Below are positions 51,923 through 64,000 of a DNA stretch of 64,000 bases, piece after piece (within the stretch, counting starts at the first letter, position 1; each line of letters opens with the position of its first letter). This stretch comes from Glaucostegus cemiculus (taxonomy: Eukaryota). Made by a program: the position numbers and the translations under genes. A model generated the notes under the pieces. It did not search any database, was not told the DNA's origin, and saw only the letters and a program-made list of their open reading frames with translations. The DNA is taken from NCBI GenBank assembly GCA_976551045.1, contig CDPCPM010000077.1:1736001-1800000 (forward strand), in the 5' to 3' direction.

Positions 51923-52214
51923 GGCAGGCACGGTATTGTAGCGGTTAGCATCACGCTATTACAACACCAGCAACCTGGGTTCAATTCTGGCTGCTGTCTG
52001 TAAGGAGTTTGTACATTCTCCCCGCGTCTGTGTGGGTTTCCTCTGGGTGCTCCTGTTTCCTCTCACATTCCAAAGATTAGGAAGTTGTGGGCATGCTGTG
52101 TTGGCGCCAGAAGTGTGATAACACTTGCAGGCTGTCCCCAGAACACTCCACGCAAAAGGTGCATTTCACTGTGTGTTTTGATGTACATGTGACTAATAAA
52201 AAAATCTTATCTTA
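51923..52214 (+). mobile_element. Full-length V-SINE with Rex1-like tail
   Basis: Same family as 12561-12855, with A/B boxes and tail GTGACTAATAAA..ATCTTATCTTA. Confidence 0.9.
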
Positions 52215-52706
52215 TTCCATTACTCTTTCTGTTAAAATGTGGTTTTCTAATTTCACACCAGAATGGTCTAACTTTAGTTTGGAGGTTATGCAAACTGGAA
52301 ACTTGGAACATAAAGTGACACTTAAGTAGCATTGCAAACGTTATATCAAAGGTCCTTACCTTGTTCCGTGTCGACGCATTGTGTGATATTTTGCTTCATG
52401 TCACTCATGTGATAGATTACTTCTATGTCTTTGCCGTGATGCTGTTTTGGATCCACTGCAGTTTAACAAGGCTGAAGAGACCATCAAGAGCTAACTTCCA
52501 GCTCCTGACATTGTTCACAGGAAATTGATTGGTACAGTAATCTGAAACCATCGAAGAATTGTATCACATAACGCATAATGTATTTTTCTGTTCCTGAGCT
52601 GGAGTTATATGCAATCTGACCCATTCTTTTAATTTCATAGTGTTGTAATAACTCAACAGCAACATTTCCTGAAATTCAGCACCTCTTGCACCCACAAAAT
52701 GTGCAT

Positions 52707-53008
52707 TAAGATAAGATCAGATATCTTTATTAGTCACATGTACATCAAACCGCAAAGTGAAATGCTTTTGCGTAGTGTGTTCTGGAGGCAGCCTGTAAGT
52801 GTCGCCACGCTTCTGGCACCAACATAGCATGCCCACAGCTTCCTAACCCGTAGGTCTTTGGAATGTGGGAAGAAACTGGAGCAACCGGAGGAATCCCACG
52901 CAGATACACAGGGAGAACATACAAACTCCTTACAGACAGCAGCCGGAATTGAACCCAGGTTGTTGATGCTGTAATAGCATTAGGCTAACCGCTACACTAC
53001 CGTGCCCG
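52707..53008 (-). mobile_element. Full-length V-SINE with Rex1-like tail
   Basis: Reverse-complement copy of 51923-52214. Confidence 0.9.
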
Positions 53009-53904
53009 CTGAAGCTGAATTTCAGAAGCAGAACACAATGCAAGGCTGCTTAGCTCTTGTAGCTGAGGACAAATTATTCTCCCCGACTATTTACTTCTGT
53101 TGATCAAAAGAACTGCAGATGTTGGATATTTGAAATAAAAACAAAAATTGCGCGAAAAATTCAGCGGGTCAGGCAGCATCTGTCGTGGGTGGTTGAGGAA
53201 GGGCATCAACTGGAGGAACTTTGAGCCCTAAAATGGCAGTGCTGGTGTTGAGTAATTTCTACATGCTGATTGGCATTATAATTGACTTCCCTAGGTCTTT
53301 CACAGCACACCAAGTGTGTGTGCAACCCCAGGCACCATTTGCGACTGCTGAAGGCTCTCCTCAAGGAAGCAGTGTCCAGTTTTGATACCTCAAAGTCTTC
53401 TGCTTCTCTCATCCTTCCTCAGAAGGAACAAGGTTTCCAGCAGGTTATCTGCTGAAACAGTAACAAATAAATTCACGTCATAGCAGTGCTATACAGAATG
53501 GAGACAGTCCACTGGGCATCGACATCATACACAATACCTACTGGGTCTGCTCAGGGATACAACACTTGTGTTCACTATTTTGCATGTTGTTTGAATTTAA
53601 TTGGTGAATGATTCCCAAGATCCAATAGTTTTTACCTTTGATCCTGCACTCTTTCCTCTCTAGCTCTACTCCCTGGCTAGGTGAGGGGTATTATACCTCT
53701 CTCTGGGTGGGAGAAACTCTGAATCTCAGATAGAATCAGTATCAGATTTATTATCTCTCACTTGGATGATGTGAAAGTTATTGTTTTGCAACAGCACTAC
53801 AGTGCAAAGACATAAAAATTATGATAAATTATAAAAATAAATAAATAGTGTTTAAAAAAAAAAGGAATGACAAGATAGGTTACAGCATCCAAGGTATGCA
53901 GCAG

Positions 53905-54232
53905 GACAGCACAGTGGCACAGCTAACAGAGCTGCTGCCTCACAGCTCCAGTCACCCAGAATCAACCCTAACCTCGGGTGTGCCTGTGTGGAGTTTGCAC
54001 GTTCACTCTGTGACCGCGTGGGTTTGCCCCGGGTGCTACCTTTTCCTCCCACACCCCAAAAATGTGCAGGTTGAAGGTTAATTGGCCACTATAAAAAGCC
54101 CTTAGTATGGGAGAACCTAGAGGGGAGTTGATGGGAATGTGGGCAGAATAGATGGGCTAGGGTAGGATGATGGTCAATGCGGACTCAGAGAGGTCAAAGC
54201 GTCTGTTTCCATCTCTGGCTCTATGGCTCTAA
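53905..54232 (+). mobile_element. HE1-like V-SINE with CR1-type tail
   Basis: tRNA head GCACAGTGGCACAGC; V-domain GCGTGGGTTTGCCCCGGGTGCT; tail CTGTTTCC..CTCTATGGCTCTA. Confidence 0.75.
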
Positions 54233-54611
54233 ACAAGAGCCATCCAGCTCACCCTGCTGCCCACAGCCCTGTAGGTAACTTCTGAGTACTTACCCAGGAC
54301 TGAGTCTGCCTTCACTGCCCCCAGCACTGCACTACAGACCCTACCTATTCAATGTCTTAGAAGCATTTCCTTATGCTTCCTTCATAGGCCTGACATGTAC
54401 CTTACCCTAAACATCTTGGTGAGAGGTCGTCCCAGCTGAGTTCCAGGTCTTCATATCCACAATGAAGGAACTAGCGAGTAATATGATCAGCTTCATTGCC
54501 TCCATAGTTCCAGTTTGGGAATGGGGGTGGGTTGTTTGTAAGTTGTGGGGAGGGTGCAAGGCATCCTACAGGGAAATAGATTTTATTGTGCACGAGTAAG
54601 GCAAGCACCCC

Positions 54612-54946
54612 TGATGGAAGTTTATTAAATTACGAGAGCCACAGATAGAGTAGACGGTCGGTATCTTTTTCCCAGGGTGGAAATGTCTAATACTAGAGGG
54701 CATGCATTTAAGGTGAGAGAGGGAAAGTTCAAAGGAGCTGTGTGGGGCAAGTTTTTTATACAGAGAGCTGCAGGTGCCTGGAATGTGCAGATGCAATAGA
54801 GGGGTTTGAGAGGCTCATGACTATGCAAAGAATGAGGGATATGAATCAGAAGGACTTAGGTGTCATTAGCTTAATTAGTTCGGCACAACATTGTGGGCCA
54901 AAGGGCCTGTTCCTGTGATGTATGTTCTGTGTCCTATGTTCTATGT
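54612..54946 (+). mobile_element. CR1 3' end
   Basis: FPRVEMSNTRGHAFKVR; tail (CTATGTT)n. Confidence 0.85.
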
Positions 54947-55529
54947 TGTATTTCACTGTCTCAGGAGAATGAAGGAATGGGGATAAGTGGCGAACTGTAG
55001 CTTGTCTTCAGAGCTTCCTTCAGCATGCACTTACACCTCAGTTATTGCACAAGAGTGGGTTTTTGGCTTGTTGGTCAGGTTTTCTTCAATTCATTCCAAG
55101 AGCTAGGTAGGGCTTCAATGGACCATCTGTATCCTAAAAAACCCGAAATAAGGATCACACCTAGTCCACTTCTTGAACATCTATGATGAAAAGTTCACTG
55201 CATTTGGTCAGGAATAACAGAGCAGTTATTTTATTTTATCTAAGATTTTCAATCAGATCAAGCTTCCCTTCGTTTGTTATGTTTAATTTTATTTTGTAAA
55301 GGGCATAGTTATTCTTTAAAAAACTTGTTTCTATTAGGAGATTTCCAAAGAGGACTTAAATATATTTTTGGTTAATATTATTCTTTCCTGATTTCTTCCC
55401 ACAAGGCTTATGATTCATGTCAAACCAACATCAATGTTGGACCAGTGGGTGTAAGCAAGTCCCTCACCCAACTGCTGTTCCTCACAATGAGGTTTCCACT
55501 GTCAATGTTAACAGACTGTTTGATTGGAG

Positions 55530-56208
55530 GAATGGTGCCACTGGCAAGCCCAATGTGGTTCTCCTCTCAGGCCCATTGCTGCTTGTCATCAATGGTTTGG
55601 ATGAGAATGTACAAGGCATGGTTAGTAAGTTTGCAGATGACACTAAAATAGGAGGTGTCATTGACAGTGAAGATGGTTATCAGGAGTTACAGAGAGATGT
55701 TGATCAGCTGGGTAAGTGGTCCGAGGAATGGCAAATGGAGTTTAATTCAGATAAGTGCAAGGTGTTACATTTTGGGAAGACAAATAAGGGTATTTCACAG
55801 TGAACAGTAGAACCCCGAGCAGTGTTGTGGAACAGAGGGACCTAGAAGTACAAGTACATGGTTCACTGAAAGTGGCATCATCAGCGCACAGTGAAATGCA
55901 CACAGTCTTTTTCCCAGGAACAAGCAAGCATAAGTTTAAGGTGAGAGGGGAGAGATTTAATTGGAACCTGAGGGGCAACTTCTTGACCCAGAGAGTGGTC
56001 AGTGTATAGCATGAGTTGCCAGAGGAAGTGTTCAAGCCAGGAGCATTAACAACTTTGAAAAGGTACTTGGACAGGTACGTGGATAGGAAAGGTTTAGAAG
56101 GATATGGGCCAAACGCAGGCAAATGGGACTAGCTTAGATGGGAATCTTGATCAGCATGGACCAGTTGGGCCAAAGGGCCTGATTCCATGTTGTATGACTC
56201 TATGACTC
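55530..56208 (+). mobile_element. CR1 RT to 3' end, internally deleted
   Basis: ORF 55417-55803 INGLDENVQGMVSKFADDTKIGG..WQMEFNSDKCKVLHFG; tail ATGACTCTATGACTC. Confidence 0.9.
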
Positions 56209-56589
56209 CAGAAAGAAGATATGGTAGGCTATTCAGCCCATTAGACCTGTTCTGTTGGACCTTCTGAGTTCCTCCAGCAGTTTGCTTTTGGCTCTAGATT
56301 CCAGCATCTGCAGTCTCGTTCCTCCATACCTGTTCTGTTATTCAGTAAGAAGATCCTGTGGCTTAAATCAAATTTGTCACCTGATGCCCATATCCTCTAA
56401 CTCCTAAATCTCAAGTCTGAACATATACTCCAGTTGGGGTAGAGAACTGCAATGTTTAAACACCCATTCCTGTGGTTTTGTTTACCCTAATTACCAAATA
56501 TAGTGAAATTGTCAGAGCCAGGCAAGGTGGAAACAATCAGCTCGTTATTCGGTCAATCAAGCTTGATAGCAGAGTGCTGTAAGTGACTT

Positions 56590-56798
56590 GGAGACACAAG
56601 AGGCTGTAGATGCTGGAATCTGGAGCAACAAACAACTTGCTCGGGGAACTCAGTGGGTCAAGCAGCAGCTGTGGGAAGGAAGGAATTGTCGACGTTTTAG
56701 GTTGTGAGGCAGGCTTTCGACCTGAAACGTCGACAATTCCTTCCCTCCCACAGGTGCTGCTCCACCCGCTGAGCTCCCCCAGCAGATTGTTGGTTGCT
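56590..56798. mobile_element. Penelope-derived fold-back element (best-preserved hairpin)
   Basis: Arms 56624-56704 and 56718-56798 are near-perfect reverse complements; GAAACGTC at 56724-56731. Confidence 0.75.
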
Positions 56799-59689
56799 GG
56801 ACGCGACAGGCTGATTTAGGGCACATAACTTACATCCTGCACTTATAACTGCACTTCTCTAGAGAAGACAGCCCAGTTTTATTGGGAGAAGCTGCTACAG
56901 TCTATCTTTCCCATACTCTGTCAATTTACTGTTATCTGACTTTGTTTGCTCTGCAGCAAACTGATTTATGTGAGTCATCCAGCACACCCCACCTCCACCC
57001 TCATTATATTTGGGATTACTGTGTAACTATCCCAGTCCCTTGGGGCATCAAGAACTTGTATTGATGACTCCGCATAATGCCAAACACTACATTCACTCAC
57101 CACAAATGAGAGCTTTTATTTAATTAGCTTCAAGAGGGTACAGGCCCATGTTTATGGCACTGGTGCAGTTTTTGTTATGCTCCAGTGTTATTAAAGTAAC
57201 ACCTGTATAGCAAAGACAAAATGAGAAAAATAAAGTGTAACAGGGTGTCCAATAGAGTCTCTGGTTAAAAATAATAATTGCAAAGTAAAGGAAACTTCAA
57301 GCATGCGTCCACAAGTCAAAATGCAAATCTTTTCAAAGCATACAATGAGGCAGTGAATGCTAGTTTTCACCTCAGTACTATAAACAGCCAGGCAGACCCA
57401 CATCCAGATCTGGTAAGCCAGCAAGTATGTACAGCAAATGTCACACAGAGAAGCTCTTTCATTTCAGAGGAATGTTATGATTCTTGTATAAAAGAAAATA
57501 AATTGACCAGCTCTCATCTTTCAGCCTCCTGTCAGGCATCCTCTCCCAGTCTGCTGCGCGTGGCTGGGGAGAACGGAGGTAGTAACGGAGGCAGGAAAGA
57601 TGAATAACTCTATTTAAGTTCCTGTGTTTTGAAGGTGCTGCCTTGCATGTTAATGCAGACAGGAAAAAGGAGAAGGATTCTCGGGATGTGATTGATGCAG
57701 TTGAGCCCCTCGTTCTGGAGGATTCTGTGCTTTGCCTGCTCTGCAGTTTACCCTGAGCCACTGCCGAAGACAGAGTGTGAGCCTGCGTTACCCTACGAAG
57801 GCAGATATTTGAACTTCACTCACTTATGTTCCCTCCCCTCTAATTCTCATGCTGATTTTTCCCTTTTGTCTGCGGGACCTTTGGTGGGAAAGGCCATATG
57901 GCTGTTAATTCTCATCTTCCCCTGTGATTGGGTTAAATGAAACCAGTAGCTGCAGAGGACATTCAGCTAACCCTAGAGGCACGAGAACACTGGAGCACTG
58001 AGTTTTAAGGTGTAACTGTAGCATTTGGAATTAAGTTGCCCGGGAGAGATATTCCGTTCAAGGAGGTCTTTGTTTTGGCTGATTTCCCAACATTTGAGCT
58101 AACAGCTGGCCTCCGACAACTTCATCTTGTGGGAGAATGCTTCTTGGTGAGTAAGAAAAGGAAGGGGAACTTTAAACACAGGGGATGGTGGAATTTCTTT
58201 CTCATCTGGCAGAGCTGTAGCATTGCTCAGCTCGTGATTGCACAGAGATAGCGACACGGCAGAAAAGTCGAGAAGCCTTTTCAAGTGCTAGCAAGGCTGA
58301 AGCTGAATTTAATCTTAGTTTACTGCTATGATGCAGTGTTGCCATAATATTTCTTGAGTGAATTTTAACCAGTCTTATGTTATGGCACTTCTTATCATCA
58401 TTGCTCAGCATCACAAAAATATTTAATAGTGGCTGAAAGAGGCAAGCACTTGCTATCAAGATTTTACCAGCAAGATAACTGGGAGCAGGCTTTATTGTTG
58501 ATCTGCTTAATAAGGCATAAAATGTTTGATAAACACGTAAAGAAGATATTCAGTTACCTCTGAATTCTGTTGTGCTCTGTAAATGAGTAGCTAAGGTAAT
58601 TGCCTGGTTTAGTCAGGACTCTGTTCCAAGAGGAAAGTCTTCTGATCTGAAAGTAAGATGTTGTCTGTTGGCAGCTTGAGAAACCTGTGAATGGGCAATG
58701 TGACCTCATGCACCGAAATCCGCTGGCGTTAAAGGTGGCTGATGTTATCTGCTGTTCTCTCTGCTACATAGTCAAGCAGATTTAATTAAAGGTGAACTTA
58801 ACATTTTTTTTATTTCGAATTATGCAAGTTGTTGGCCAAAACAAAAGGCAGGTACAGCCCTTAACTCTTAAAGGTCACGAAGCAGAACACTAGATCAGAT
58901 TATCTGTAGGTGCATAGCAGTGGAAAAATACTTCTCTTCAACAAACAGTTGATAAGTAATGTATAAAGTATGCGAGTAAAACTACATGATATTTGATTTT
59001 TATTAACAAAAATGTATGAAATCAATCTGCCAGTTAGTGGCTCACAGCTCATTATAAGGAACCTTTGATTAACATCCAACGAGGATGTTAGGCCTCTGAT
59101 GGTAATCTCGAGTCATGTTGCTGCAAGGCAACTGGTGCCTTTTATTCAATAAGGTAGAATTACCTGAGTGTGACAACATGCTTTTTAAGATGTATTCAGC
59201 ATTGATTGAAAATATTCCATGTGACTTTTCTTTCTAAGTCAGTAAGACGACATGAAGATTAGCCTCAATCAAGGAACAAAGCACCCACCCCCACCCATAC
59301 ACTTCCTACTATCACTGTGGTAGGTGCGGCATTCAATTCAAGCGAGGGCAGTGCTCATGAAGTAGCCAACTCTTGTCAGATGTATTCCTGGAGGTTTCAT
59401 CATATGACCTCCTTTGTTACCTTGGTTACTCTGCCCCTCCTTCATGCTGTAGTTTGCCTGACATGTCCCATCCTCTCCACTGCTAACTGGAAAGAACACA
59501 GAATCTTAACCACCCACTTGATGACCCATGAGTATCGGTCTTCCTGCTTCAACAAGGATTCAAAGAAATAAAAGTTAAACATGCTTGCTTTCTTTTAATG
59601 CTGCTATGATTTTTGCTTTTCTCCTGGGTTCCTTGTAGTAAATATTCTGCAAATTAATCTTTCATTCATCAGACTTTTTCCTGGGATGA

Positions 59690-59870
59690 ACATACAACAA
59701 GCTGGAGGAAGTCAGCGGGTCAAGCAGCATCCATGAAAGGAAGCGGACAGTCTGTGTTTCAGATCGAGACCCCATCCATTTCCCTCCATAGATGCTGTCT
59801 GACCTGTTGAGTTCCTCAAGATTTTTATGTGTTGCTCCAGATTGCAGCATCTGCAGTCTCTTGTGTCTCC
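59690..59870. mobile_element. Penelope-derived fold-back element
   Basis: GCTGGAGGAAGTCAGCGGGTCAAGCAGCATC ... GATGCTGTCTGACCTGTTGAGTTCCTC. Confidence 0.7.
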
Positions 59871-59871
59871 A

Positions 59872-60312
59872 TCATTCCTGAGATGGTTGGTTTTTCATAT
59901 GAGGGATTAAGCAGTTTAGTCCTGTAATCTCTTGAGATTAGGAGAATTAATTTAGTTGAAAAATAGAAAATTCTTAATGAGCTTGATGTGGTAGATGTGT
60001 GGTTGATGCTTCCCCTGGCTGGGGTATCTGGAACCAGGGGTCACAGTCTCAGAATAAGAGGTCGACCACTCACAATAGAGATGAGAAGAAATTTCTTCAG
60101 TAGAGGGTAGTAAATCTTTGAAATTCTCCTTCCAAAGGGTTGTGGAGGCTCAGTCTCTGAGTATATTCAGAAATTGGGAGGTGTTTGTATATTAAAGGAT
60201 ATGGAGTTCATGCAGCAAGCTTCATGCTGAGGTAAAAGATCAGCTTTGATCTTATTGAATGATGGCGTAGAGAGAAGGGTTCAGTGGCCTAGCCCTGCAT
60301 CAGTTTCTTATG
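59872..60312 (+). mobile_element. Degraded CR1 3' region
   Basis: TRGHSLRIRG..EMRRNFF..VVNL; tail ending TTTCTTATG. Confidence 0.8.
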
Positions 60313-63300
60313 CCCCTAACCTCCAGCAGACTGCTGATTCCAAGTACTGCATTGCTGGAGGTGCTGTCTTTATGAATGCAGCTTGAAGTGAGGTCCAATC
60401 CCTGCATGATCTGGGGATCACTTGAGGTCTACCTGCCATGTGTACAGTCAGCAGGAGCCTCTGGGTGTGATCCTGTGCAAAGAAACAGCAACTCTTCAGC
60501 TATCACGATGGCCCTAACACTGGTTGCTCAGTTGGCACAACTCCAGTCCATGGAAGCCAGTAGACTGATTGCACCAATGACTGTGGTGATGCCAGGAGTA
60601 ATGGTTCTCTTACTGTATGGAAACCTAGTGAAAGGAGTTGGTACCATTGAATAGCCAGGGTGTATTTACCAAAGATGACCCTGGTATGTTGGCTGCTACC
60701 ATCGGTCATCTTGTTGGAGATGGTTATGGAGGTTTCTACATTTCTGCAAGTCTATTCATCACAAGTATGTAAATGCAGGCAGTGGAATCCTCCACAGTCA
60801 ACTCAGGGGCTGCAAGTTAGCAGGTTCAGTCTCAACTCATTCTTGCAAACCCTTGTGTTCAGCATCCATTGTTCACTTATAATCAGGACCTATAGGGTGT
60901 GGATCCCAGATCTGCAGGTGAATGTAAGCTATTCCTTCTGGCAATTATTGTTCCTTGCCGTCAGCTGCTCCTGCACAGCAGCCCACCATGATTACTACTA
61001 CCACAGTAACTCCAGTTTATTCCCACTCCTACATAGGGCAGATTGTTAGGAGCCAAGATTCACACGAATAGGCCTGTTGAAGCTGAATACTGTGAGGTTA
61101 CTTATGTTTCTGGGTGTACTTTACAGGGAGGAGGCTGTCTTACTCTCTCTGATGCGGATTATAGAATGCAGTTTGCAGGGTAAACTAAATCCTTATCTGC
61201 TCCAGGCTCTCTAATCAGCGTAATCATAAGGTCCCTGAAGGGAAATATTGTCTAGATCCAGGTGGGGCTGTTCAGCATTGATGGATGACCCTTCTCTTTC
61301 TGGCATTTCCTTGCTGCTGTCATTAACTCTGCTCTCCATCCAACAGGTAAATCTTTAAAAGTGGACAGGAGCAAACATAATCATGTCTCATGGTGCAACT
61401 CTCATGGGTGTGTTTGCATGCATGCACATTATAAAAATGTATTGTGGTGGAAGAAATTGATTCATGTAACTCCTTTCAAAGATTGGTTGAAGGAGCTCCT
61501 GGAAGTAGGGCAGAGTTACCTGAGACAGTACGGTGGAAGAGTTTGGATGCAGGAATGGATTTGAACCATGCATAATTCAGACTGTTAAATAAGGTAGATA
61601 ATAAAGTACCTTGGCTGACTTAGTGAGGTGTGTAAACTGACCAATCTGTTCAGCTCTGGCCTGCAGTGTTCTCTTTTTTTGTGTGTATTCAGTGCTTGTT
61701 CCCCTGTGTGGCTGAAGGTCTAGAACAACAAAGCAGCTCAATACTAGTGCATCTGCTCGCCCTGGAATGTAATAGAATCTGAGGGCTGGTGCTCCTCTGG
61801 GAGCTGACACTTTGTTCAACAAGGAAGTCTCATGCAGTTTGACCATCAAAGGGTTAAGGTGATGAAAATAAGGATTAAGATCTACAACTTGACTAGATTT
61901 TCCACCTCTCCCTCCTTTCCCTTGCCACCCTCCCCTACTTTAAACAACAAGCTTACAACTGGAGGCTCTACTCATGTTCAGAGTGCTCTCAGTTTATTAT
62001 AACGGGATCGGCCTTAGTAGTGGCCTTTGATTGGCCTTGGTCTCCAATCAAAATTCATCCAGTCACTTTTTTTTGATTACAGCTCCAAGCCCACTTACTG
62101 TTTGGTGAACCCATAAATTGCCTCTTGTCTCTCTAGAGTGAATGCCCAAGGTGAATTGGATCTTTTAGTATAAATGAATGTATCTGAGTTTTGCTGTTAC
62201 ACTTTAGCGGTCACATGGTATTTTTATTAAGAGATTAGTTGAACACAGCAAAAAATCCACACGAAAGTCCATTGCAGAAGTTCAAATGAGAAAACTTGTG
62301 GGGGACAAATGATCGTTACACTGCCATGGGCTCTTTCATTCTTATCTTCTTACTGAGGCTCAGAGATATGAAAGTAAAATTGGGGGACAAGCTCAGAAAG
62401 ATGTCAACCCAACTGATACACATTCAAATTCTCTCAGTACTGTAGAAGGGAGAGAGACATCCAGCTGGGGATCAGAGAGAAGTGAAACTGAATCTTTGAA
62501 CATGAAAATTCATCCAAGCAAGGCAGGTCAAATCCTGATCTTGTTGGGATGGAGCTGATATCTAGATTTTCCTGTTTTTGTTCAGAAAGCAACAGAAGGA
62601 GGGAAAGATGTCTGGCACTTTAAGAATGTTTACCTCTTAATTTCACCCCTATAATTAACTTAAATTTAGATCTCTGGTGGCTATTCCAGGCAGGCTGGGA
62701 GGAACCATTACATATTTTCTGACTACAGCAGAGTTGAAAAATTCATTACTGCGTGATGAGGATTAAATGTGGCCTTGCTGAAAATAAAAACAGATTTAAA
62801 CTCTTCCTCCTGCAAGTGATTTATGTGGATTTACTGTGAAACTGGGTCTTCCTTAAAGCAACTACTAGATCTTGCAATTTGCTGAATGAACAGATAATCT
62901 CAAGCAGTATTTAGAAATGCTTAGATGTGATCTAAAGTACAGTTAGTTCTCTGCAGAGACAGGCCAGAAAAATTAGTGGTCCACTGTTTCCACCTTTCCA
63001 GCATCCAAGGCTTGTTCTTCCTGCTCCATTTACCGAGAGTCCTGCTGGGCAGGGTAAGGTTGAATTTCCCAGCTTTTATTTGGTACCGTGAAGTCCACAA
63101 GGTTGTTTTGGAGGAAAACAGTTTCCCTGCCTTCTTGAGAAAATGGATGCACTTTAGCCTGTGCAAAAGAAGGTGAGAGTTGTGACATGCACTTGCCATG
63201 TTTAGTGTCATTCTTCACAAATCTGTGCAATGGCATGATGTCATTTTTCAGGAATGTACAGTGGAGTGGCAGATGTTTGATAGAAATCCATTGAATCAAG

Positions 63301-64000
63301 CACACAGCTTTCTTGCTTTGCAATATAGGGGAAAAAAATTCAATATCCGCCTTGCTCGCGGGGGTTAACACAAAAAGTAATCTTTAAAGATTGCCCATGA
63401 CTGTGGAGTTGCTAATGTACTGTGAGTGCAATGCATCAGCAATGTCAGAGCTGAGATCCTGTGATATTGTGTGTCACAGAGACATAAAATAAAGGCAGTA
63501 GCATGTGGTAGAGAGTTGTGTTCCTGAGATATCCACAGCACAATACTCTCCTCCCGGTGTCTGATAGTTTAGTGGTCAAATGTGACAAGCCACATGTAAT
63601 GTGCTATTCACCTAACCATTTGAAGCATTTTCTAGCTGTGCACAATTGTGCAAGGCCAGGTTGATGACAGTTTCCGTATTATACCTGGTGGTGTCCTTTT
63701 CGACAGAGAAGGAAGGGGCATTATAATCAGACAATGGGGCTGCACCATCAGCATTACTGCACAGTCATGACAGCATTTTATGCTATAAACAAATGCACCC
63801 ACCTGCCTTAATTGTTATCATGAAGCGACAAACACCCCATGTGGTGCTAGAGCCAAAGGAGAGGCCACTGAAACTCAGATTGTACCCTTCTGAATAAAGG
63901 TTTATGAAAGCAGAGGTGGTAGATTAATAAACAAAGCTCGAATAGAATACTGTAATCAAAAACAAAATTTCATCAAAATCTCAGTGTATTGTCCATATTA

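Noticed and set aside
52360-52455. VIYHMSDM..C faintly recalls ADAM prodomain segments
   Set aside because: Too short, and no other metalloprotease exons were found, so no gene name is assigned.
57278-57760. 109-aa ORF and a possible terminal exon at ~57633
   Set aside because: No domain recognised and no supporting upstream exon.
60480-61060. GC-balanced stretch with several ORFs, possibly an ancient transposon
   Set aside because: I could not assign motifs to any family.
1-64000. CRISPR arrays, operons, rRNA or true tRNA genes
   Set aside because: The DNA is vertebrate with no regularly spaced direct repeats, and all tRNA-like A/B boxes seen are SINE heads.

Overview
Repeat-rich, CpG-depleted vertebrate genomic DNA. 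The repeat inventory suggests a cartilaginous fish, probably a ray/batoid; this is inferred from remembered family features, not from a database search. The window looks intronic or intergenic: I recognise no host protein-coding gene, RNA gene or CRISPR array. Every ORF with a recognisable domain is a broken retroelement piece: CR1-clade LINE endonuclease/RT, Rex1/Babar LINE C-terminus, or Penelope GIY-YIG. Also present are tRNA-derived V-SINEs with two different LINE-derived tails, DeuSINE-like relics, one solo LTR with a 5-bp TSD, and more than 10 short fold-back Penelope-derived elements, several with decayed hammerhead-ribozyme-like motifs. The best non-repeat signal is a ~240-bp CpG-rich, housekeeping-type promoter (NRF1, ETS-CRE, ETS, GC box) at ~49.4-49.65 kb with no recognisable gene attached. 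There are also several splice-site-flanked candidate exons of unknown identity. I do not see convincing evidence for a wholly new biological system. Repeat boundaries are estimated by eye (about +/-20 bp unless stated).
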